Shown one piece after another: positions 57,789-64,000 of a stretch of DNA of 64,000 bases; within the stretch, counting starts at the first letter, position 1, and every line of letters begins with the position of its first letter. The notes beneath the pieces were generated by a model. The model saw nothing but the letters and a program-made list of their open reading frames with translations, searched no databases and was not told the DNA's origin. The position numbers were made by a program, and so were the translations under genes. This DNA is from an uncultured Gammaproteobacteria bacterium (lineage in GTDB: Bacteria > Patescibacteriota > Microgenomatia > JAMCZE01): the NCBI GenBank assembly GCA_964641255.1, contig CAZXMM010000001.1, positions 246,973-310,972 of the forward strand, in the 5' to 3' direction.

Positions 57789-58055
57789 CTACTTCTTATC
57801 TTTGGTAAGTAGCTTGATAATACTAGACCAGCCCTTTACTCCTGTTAGCATCGTTGAGATCATGCTGACTGGTTTACTGACCGATTCTGAGATTACTCCG
57901 GTATCATCTAAAACCTTGTTGGTTTTTGCTAAAGTAAGTCGGAACTCTTTGAGAACAAAATAAAGTTGCGTCGCCACCACTCCTAACATAATAGTAATTG
58001 CTACTAGAGCTGCAATAAAGATAACCTGAGTTAGATCCATACTTGTTTCCAGCAT
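57789..58055 (-). CDS. DUF948-like small membrane protein
   Basis: 88 aa; single N-terminal TM plus coiled region. Confidence 0.45.
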   Translation of the reverse strand: MLETSMDLTQVIFIAALVAITIMLGVVATQLYFVLKEFRLTLAKTNKVLDDTGVISESVSKPVSMISTMLTGVKGWSSIIKLLTKDKK

Positions 58056-58088
58056 AGTCTAAACAGAGCTTGAATGCAACCTTCAGAG

Positions 58089-58721
58089 CTACTGTTCCAG
58101 CCGAACTGTTCGTATAACAGTTGACTGCTTCTTAAATTTATTGGTGGCGACGATTTTTAGAGTGTTAATTCCTCGGCGAAGCGTCAGCTTCTGGCTAAAT
58201 GTTCCAGCTTCATTGACTCCGACCACTTCGTCATTAATTGTTAAGGCGGCTTCTGGATCAATTTTCCCCTTTATCTCTATAACTTCAGCTTTGGTAACGG
58301 TATTATTTTGCGGGGAGTCAACGTTTAAAACGGGTGCTCCTGCAAACTTAACGTAGGAATAGACCAAATAACCGAAGAAAAGTAGGAGAAGAATTGCTAT
58401 TGACGTAGAGGCGAAGAGTTGGGGGGTAAGGCTAAACGTAGGTTTTATTCTATCTTTTCTAGTGGGACTTAAAACCTCCGGTTGTTCGATTGTTGTTTGC
58501 CTTCGGTAAAAAGCTAAAGCGTCTTCCGGGGAGATTCCCAGAAATGTAGCGTAGTTTTTAATGAAACCGCGAACGAATGCACCCGGCGGCATGCTGGCAA
58601 AGTCGTTTTTTTCAATAGCCTCCAGAAATTTAGCTCTGATTTTAATGGCTACCTCTACCTGGGTAATTGACAGGTGTTTTTTTTCCCGAGCCAAGCGCAG
58701 AATTTCACCAACAGTGGTCAT
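58089..58721 (-). CDS. rodZ: RodZ-like cytoskeleton protein (N-terminal HTH, TM, C-terminal domain)
   Basis: XRE-type HTH LSITQVEVAIKIRAKFLEAIE, central TM, C-terminal beta-rich domain. Confidence 0.65.
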   Translation of the reverse strand: MTTVGEILRLAREKKHLSITQVEVAIKIRAKFLEAIEKNDFASMPPGAFVRGFIKNYATFLGISPEDALAFYRRQTTIEQPEVLSPTRKDRIKPTFSLTPQLFASTSIAILLLLFFGYLVYSYVKFAGAPVLNVDSPQNNTVTKAEVIEIKGKIDPEAALTINDEVVGVNEAGTFSQKLTLRRGINTLKIVATNKFKKQSTVIRTVRLEQ

Positions 58722-60904
58722 GAGGTTTGACTAGCTTCTGTTCGACTAGCAAAATATTCATCAGCGTTTCTAACCAGTACGTCTCGGGGTTTACTGCCCT
58801 CTCCTGGACCAACTATCCCTAGCTCCTCAAGCGTATCTAAGATCCGCGCGGCTCGAGCGTAACCAATTGACAACTTACGCTGAAGCAGGGAGGCTGAAGC
58901 TCGGTCAAATTGGCACAGAATTCTAATCGCCTCGTCAATAAGTTGGTCGCCACCACCGGCGGCTGTTCCTTTTTGACCGGGTCGTTGTTGTATTGTGTGC
59001 ATGCTGGTAACCTCCTCTGTGTATTGAACAGGTCCCCCTTTAGCTTTAAGAAAATCAACCAATCGATGAACCTCAGAGTCGGAGATGAATGCTCCTTGAA
59101 TACGACTGGGCCTGCTTTGGTCGGGGGGAATATAGAGCATGTCTCCCCTGCCTAAGAGTTTTTCCGCTCCCGGAGCATCAATGATTACTCGCGAATCAAT
59201 CATTGAAGTAACGTTAAAAGCGATTCGACAGGGAATGTTAGCTTTAATTAACCCGGTGATGACGTCAACGCTTGGTCTTTGGGTGGACAGGATTAGGTGA
59301 ATGCCAGTAGCCCGGGCCATTTGGGCTAGGCGACAAACGGCGTCTTCGACTTCAACGGGAGCAAACATCATTACGTCAGCCATCTCATCAATGACTATAA
59401 TCAAGTAGGGTAGGGCTTGAAAACCAGCCAGTTCGTTATACCCTTCCATATTGCGTACTCCCACCGAGGCAAATAATTTATATCTTCTTTCCATTTCCGT
59501 GATTGCCCATTTTAAGGCAGAGAGCACCTTGTCCACTTCAACAATCACTGGCGTTAGCAAGTGAGGAATCCCATTGTAAAGTGATAGTTCGACTCGTTTG
59601 GGATCGACAAGTATCAATTTTAGTTCTGCAGGTGAGTTGCGATACAACAGGGAGGCCAGTAACGCATTGATAGAAACGGACTTACCAGATCCGGTAGCTC
59701 CAGCAATAAGGGCGTGGGGCATTTTGGCAATGTCTGCCACTTGAGCTTGTCCTGAAACATTTAGTCCGAGAGCAATAGTCAGCTTGCTGGCGGACTGCGC
59801 AAAAGCGGGCGAATCAAGAATCTGCTTAACAGTAACAGATTCGGGAGTGCGATTGGGGATTTCAATTCCTACTAGTGACCGACCGGGGATGGGAGCTTCG
59901 ATGCGGATTTGACCAGGAGCAGCCAATGCTAAGGCCAGGTCGTTTTGTAAAGTCATGATTTTTGACAGTTTAGTCCCCACGGCAATTTCGAGAGCGTATT
60001 GGGTCACGGCTGGTCCTCTGTTGACTTCGGCTACCCGAGCGGTAATTCCAAAAGCTTCCAAGGTTTTTTCAATAATGGCAGCGTTTTGATTGACATCGCC
60101 CCGGTCAGCTTTCCCCCCAGGAGTATCAGAAAAAAGGTTGATTGGAGGGTACTCCCACAGCTTGGTTTCTTCCTGTGTGTTTTGTAGGCCATCACTAGTG
60201 GCAATACTGGCAGTAACACTGGCGGTGGATGGTGGTTGACCCGTTGACGGTTTTGGGTTAGCTTGGGAAGTGACGGGACTAACCGAGTTATCCGAAATTG
60301 CCCCCGCTGCCTGCTGAGAGAGAAAGTCAGTTCCCACCCCTTTTTGACTATTGCTGACTGTTGTCAAATTATCTTTGACAAAAACAGGTTTAGCTTTACT
60401 AGCAAAGTGAAAGTATTTTTGAAAAAATGCCTTAAGAGTAGCAGCTGTTTCCTGAATGATCTTGGCTGCTTCCCCAAGAGAAATGTTCAAAAATACTGTT
60501 AGGCCGAAAAGCGCTACTAAGAGAAAAACGAAAAAGACGGCAAACCCCACAGGGAGAAGAGAATAGAGTCCGGCAAACAGGCTTTCTCCAAAGCTTCCCG
60601 ATGTTGAGAGTGCCCAAAGTGACAAACTAACGAGCGACAGCCCAATAATACTATTGGCTTTAGCTATCGAAATTTTAAATTTGGCGAGGGCCAAAGCGAG
60701 TTGAACCATGATGATGGCGAGTAAGATTCTCCCCCAACCAAAATTACTACTAAAGAAATGGTTGATTCTACCAAGGAACTGACCATTAGGTATTACTACG
60801 GCGATGAGAAGTAGCCCGGCACTACCAAATAGCGCTAGGGAAAAAAGCGAATAAACTGTCTGTTTGCGGAGTTTGAGTTTAAAAAGAGATCTTCTTCTGG
60901 CCAT
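58718..60904 (-). CDS. ftsK: DNA translocase FtsK/SpoIIIE
   Basis: N-terminal TM segments, Pro/Ser-rich linker, motor domain AGATGSGKS, C-terminal gamma domain LLQRKLSIGYARAARILD. Confidence 0.92.
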   Translation of the reverse strand: MARRRSLFKLKLRKQTVYSLFSLALFGSAGLLLIAVVIPNGQFLGRINHFFSSNFGWGRILLAIIMVQLALALAKFKISIAKANSIIGLSLVSLSLWALSTSGSFGESLFAGLYSLLPVGFAVFFVFLLVALFGLTVFLNISLGEAAKIIQETAATLKAFFQKYFHFASKAKPVFVKDNLTTVSNSQKGVGTDFLSQQAAGAISDNSVSPVTSQANPKPSTGQPPSTASVTASIATSDGLQNTQEETKLWEYPPINLFSDTPGGKADRGDVNQNAAIIEKTLEAFGITARVAEVNRGPAVTQYALEIAVGTKLSKIMTLQNDLALALAAPGQIRIEAPIPGRSLVGIEIPNRTPESVTVKQILDSPAFAQSASKLTIALGLNVSGQAQVADIAKMPHALIAGATGSGKSVSINALLASLLYRNSPAELKLILVDPKRVELSLYNGIPHLLTPVIVEVDKVLSALKWAITEMERRYKLFASVGVRNMEGYNELAGFQALPYLIIVIDEMADVMMFAPVEVEDAVCRLAQMARATGIHLILSTQRPSVDVITGLIKANIPCRIAFNVTSMIDSRVIIDAPGAEKLLGRGDMLYIPPDQSRPSRIQGAFISDSEVHRLVDFLKAKGGPVQYTEEVTSMHTIQQRPGQKGTAAGGGDQLIDEAIRILCQFDRASASLLQRKLSIGYARAARILDTLEELGIVGPGEGSKPRDVLVRNADEYFASRTEASQTS

Positions 60905-60956
60905 GGCAGATTAAAATATACTCTTATTTTAGCAAGAAAACTGCATCTTTGCAGAA

Positions 60957-61313
60957 ATGAGTAGTTTGTATATGATCACTACTATGACAATCGGCAGATT
61001 ATTAACCTTTATCCACGCTGAAAACGATCGGTTGGATAAAAAGTATCGGTTTTCTACCAAGCTAGAAGCGCTTCTGGCTAAGACAGTTAAAATGGGCGAG
61101 GAATTGGGCGAGTTGTATGGTGAAATTCTTGGGACAAGTAAACTCGTTCGTAAAGAAAAGTTGGGAAGATACTCAAGAAGCACCATCGAAGATGAAATTG
61201 CCGACTGCATCATAACCACTCTCCTTGTGGCTGACAGTCTTGGAGTCGACGTAAGCAAGGCACTTGAGAAGAAAATAGAAAAGATAAACCAGCGTTATTC
61301 TAGACTTCCATAA
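60957..61313 (+). CDS. MazG-like nucleotide pyrophosphohydrolase (single domain)
   Basis: EELGELYGEIL...EDEIADCIITTL EExxE/D metal-binding helices. Confidence 0.6.
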   Translation: MSSLYMITTMTIGRLLTFIHAENDRLDKKYRFSTKLEALLAKTVKMGEELGELYGEILGTSKLVRKEKLGRYSRSTIEDEIADCIITTLLVADSLGVDVSKALEKKIEKINQRYSRLP

Positions 61314-62991
61314 TAACCGGAAGGATTAGAGGTCTTCGGTGAGTAGCTTCAAACAAAAACTTTTCCAGCGACTCGCTGATGCGGCGTCTTAGAAATCGCA
61401 TATCACTGTTTTGCGGTGGGTGCTTTTGCACCACCTCCCTAACTAGTTGTTTGGCTTCACCGATAAGTTCCTCAGATTCCTTCATATACACAAAACCCCT
61501 GGAAACAATATCAACGTCTCCCACCACTTCTCCAGTGGCTTTTTCAAAAGGTATTATAGCCATAACTACACCATCGGCAGACATTGTCAGTCGGTCGCGA
61601 AGGACTACGTTGCCAACGTCTCCAATACCCAGCCCGTCAATAAGAACGTTTTTAATTTCCGCTTTTCCAGCCAATCTTACTTTGCCATTTTGAAATTCGT
61701 GAATTGAACCCTCCTCGGGGTTAACAATTTGCTCCTCTGTATAGCCCATTCCCATAACCATTTTAGAATAGCGCTTAATCTGTCTTAAATTTCCCCCAAT
61801 CGGCCAGACAAATTTTGGTTTAGTCAAATTTAACATCAGCTTTAGCCCATCGGCAGCTTCGTGTCCAGAGACATGGAGATCGTCCAAGATTCCAGAATAG
61901 TAGACCTCAGCCCCAACTCTAAAGAGCGTGTTAATGAGTTCGTCAACTGCGTTTTCGCTTCCTGGAATTGGATCCTGGGAGAAGATAACCATATCGCCTT
62001 CAGTGATTCTGATTTTGTGTTCACCGTTGGCAATACGTGATAGGGCAGCGTTGTCTTGTCCTTGAGCTCCGGTAGCCAGCACCATAACCTGATTGGGAGG
62101 GAGAGCGTTTACTTGTTCAGCTTTAATAATAATTTGGCGCGGCAGGGTTAAAAATCCCAACTTCACTGCAGTTTCGGCATTTTGTTCCATACTGCGTCCA
62201 GCAAAGGCGACCTTTCGTCCGTGGCGCTGGGCAACATTGATCGCTTGTTGAATGCGACTAATGTTGGATGACGTCGTAGTCATAATAAATTTCCCTTTAC
62301 ACTTTTGAATTTGCTGTTCAAAGGTTTCTTCAATCATTCTTTCAGACAGTGTATAGCCTGATTTTTCCACCCGGAGACAATCACTAAGGAGACACAAGAT
62401 TCCTTGTTTTCCCACTTCTGCGATACGCTGAACATCGGTGGGAAAGTTGTCAACCGGAGTCCAGTCAAACTTGAAATCAGAGCCGTGGTAGATGACTCCC
62501 GCTGGGGTGGTAATGATTAAATTTGCCGCGTCAGGAATTGAATGAGTCACATGGACAAACTCGACTTTAAAATCCCCAGCCCCGATAGGTTGTCCATAGA
62601 GTCCCTCTCTAAAGTCTACTTTAAGCCCCGCCTCTTCGCATTTGTGTTTAGCAAGTCCGATCGTCAGTTTGGTGCCATAAACAGGAATACTCGGAAGTTC
62701 TGGCAAAATATAGGGCAGGGATCCGCGGTGATCCTCGTGGCCGTGGGTTAAAAAGATGCCTCTAATTTTGTCTTTTTTGTCAAGGAGGTAGGTAATATCA
62801 GGGATGATAAGGTCAATTCCCGGCATGTTCTCGTCAGGAAAAGCAATCCCACAATCGACAATAATAATGTCCCGCTCCGTCTCATAAACGTACATATTAC
62901 GGTTGACCTCCATCCCACCCAAAGAGAGGACGCGAACCTTACCTCCAAATGAAGCCTGTCGTTGATTTTGATTTGGTGTGAATAAATCCAT
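61300..62991 (-). CDS. rnj: Ribonuclease J (metallo-beta-lactamase/beta-CASP)
   Basis: HGHEDH motif; beta-CASP region; 563 aa. Confidence 0.9.
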   Translation of the reverse strand: MDLFTPNQNQRQASFGGKVRVLSLGGMEVNRNMYVYETERDIIIVDCGIAFPDENMPGIDLIIPDITYLLDKKDKIRGIFLTHGHEDHRGSLPYILPELPSIPVYGTKLTIGLAKHKCEEAGLKVDFREGLYGQPIGAGDFKVEFVHVTHSIPDAANLIITTPAGVIYHGSDFKFDWTPVDNFPTDVQRIAEVGKQGILCLLSDCLRVEKSGYTLSERMIEETFEQQIQKCKGKFIMTTTSSNISRIQQAINVAQRHGRKVAFAGRSMEQNAETAVKLGFLTLPRQIIIKAEQVNALPPNQVMVLATGAQGQDNAALSRIANGEHKIRITEGDMVIFSQDPIPGSENAVDELINTLFRVGAEVYYSGILDDLHVSGHEAADGLKLMLNLTKPKFVWPIGGNLRQIKRYSKMVMGMGYTEEQIVNPEEGSIHEFQNGKVRLAGKAEIKNVLIDGLGIGDVGNVVLRDRLTMSADGVVMAIIPFEKATGEVVGDVDIVSRGFVYMKESEELIGEAKQLVREVVQKHPPQNSDMRFLRRRISESLEKFLFEATHRRPLILPVIMEV

Positions 62992-62997
62992 ATGATT

Positions 62998-63639
62998 TTA
63001 GACTAATTGTAACTGTTCTCCGCCTTTTTTGCTGCTCGAGTTGGTCTCGGCTTCTTTGGGGGTAGGAGATAACAGTTCTTTGAGTTTGATAAAATCTTGC
63101 TCAAACGTATGTAACAGGTTGGTGGCTCTTAGTGCAGCGGCCGGATGATACATGGGATAGACCAGAAGGGGACGTCCATCCCATTCGATAGTATGGGGTT
63201 GGCCGTGAATCCTACTAATACTGACTCCCTCACCCAAGAATTTGTACATGGAAAACCTGCCTAGGGTCACTACTACCTTGGGGGCGATGGTTTTAATCTG
63301 CTTATCAAGAAATGGCTTAAAAAAAGCAATTTCTTCCGGAGTAGGATCCCTGTTCTCTGGCGGACGGAACTTAACGATGTTAGTAATATAAACTTCTCTT
63401 TCATCAAACCCATTCTTAGCGAGCTCTTTTCGCAGCAGTTTTCCGGCTTGTCCGACAAAGGGTCGCCCCTGCTGGTTTTCGTTAAATCCTGGGGCTTCTC
63501 CTATAAAGAGAATTTCTGCATCTGGATTACCCTCTCCTGGTACTGGATTAACATTGGGCCCTGCGAGAGGTCCCCCGTTAGTGGCGGCTATTTCTTTGGC
63601 AATGTCATTTAGCTGGGATAGTTTGCTCTTAGCGTCCAT
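62998..63639 (-). CDS. Uracil-DNA glycosylase, family 4/5 type
   Basis: GEGNPDAEILFIGEAPGFNE...GRPFVGQAG. Confidence 0.8.
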   Translation of the reverse strand: MDAKSKLSQLNDIAKEIAATNGGPLAGPNVNPVPGEGNPDAEILFIGEAPGFNENQQGRPFVGQAGKLLRKELAKNGFDEREVYITNIVKFRPPENRDPTPEEIAFFKPFLDKQIKTIAPKVVVTLGRFSMYKFLGEGVSISRIHGQPHTIEWDGRPLLVYPMYHPAAALRATNLLHTFEQDFIKLKELLSPTPKEAETNSSSKKGGEQLQLV

Positions 63640-63655
63640 AGTCCCATTCTAGCAA

Positions 63656-64000
63656 TTAAGAAGGAAGGAATTCCGACAAATTAGCCTCATTAATTACTAC
63701 CGCTTTATTGTTACTGGTCACAATTTTCTTGGCGGCTTTTCGCACCATTCCTCCAATTGTGCGCTCAAGAGTACGAATCCCCCCGTCAAAGCCCAACGGT
63801 CTAACAACTTTTGACCAGACTGTGGGATCAATCTGAAGAGAATCTGGGGGGAGACCAGAATCCTTCATAATTCTGGGAAGGACATAGTCTCTTGCGATGG
63901 TGGTTTTTTCCTCATCCGAGTAGGAGGGCATGGTAATAGGTTCGAGACGGTCAAGGACGGCGGTACTAATGTGGGAGGTGTTGTTACTGGTGGCAATAAA
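63656..64000 (-). CDS. lon: Lon protease, C-terminal end of the AAA+ region and following helical region only; gene runs off the window edge
   Basis: Frame open to position 64000: FIATSNNTSHISTAVLDRLEPITMPSYSDEEKTTIARDYVLPRI parallels Lon FIATAN...LLDRMEVI...EDEK..IAKRHLLPK. Confidence 0.75.
   Translation of the reverse strand, partial: FIATSNNTSHISTAVLDRLEPITMPSYSDEEKTTIARDYVLPRIMKDSGLPPDSLQIDPTVWSKVVRPLGFDGGIRTLERTIGGMVRKAAKKIVTSNNKAVVINEANLSEFLPS

Overview
The window reads as a core, translation-dense stretch of a small compact bacterial genome, roughly 43-46% GC by eye. The ribosomal-protein and RNA-polymerase clusters run contiguously: rpoB-rpoC-rpsL-rpsG, then a divergent insertion, then fusA-tuf-rpsJ, then manC-manB, then the S10/spc/alpha ribosomal-protein run from rplC to rplQ with rplM-rpsI appended directly. 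There is no room for an L30 gene between rpsE and rplO, and several ribosomal proteins carry extensions or zinc ribbons. Together with FemAB plus sortase and many 4-nt gene overlaps, this fits a CPR/Patescibacteria-like organism, but that is inference without a database search. Flanking regions hold a cell-envelope cluster (two tandem FemAB paralogs, a PilM/FtsA-like membrane protein, sortase, ruvX, mltG, GT-C-like membrane glycosyltransferases), two DNA glycosylases plus def and a Nudix gene, recA-HD-tlyA-recX, rny, alaS, rodZ-ftsK, rnj, a family-4 UDG and the lon 3' end. I found no CRISPR array, transposase or reverse transcriptase. The candidates I would prioritise are these: (1) a class II Fic AMPylase with a C-terminal wHTH, three 10-bp TTGCAAT direct repeats and a divergent MscL-zinc-ribbon fusion, all wedged between rplO and secY; (2) an AT-rich orphan ORF with an Rx4H HEPN-like motif immediately downstream of tRNA-Pro(GGG); (3) a canonical T-box antiterminator/terminator leader upstream of alaS; and (4) terminator-like hairpins 20-40 nt upstream of rpoB, fusA, rpsJ and rplC, with mutually exclusive hairpins in the rplC leader.
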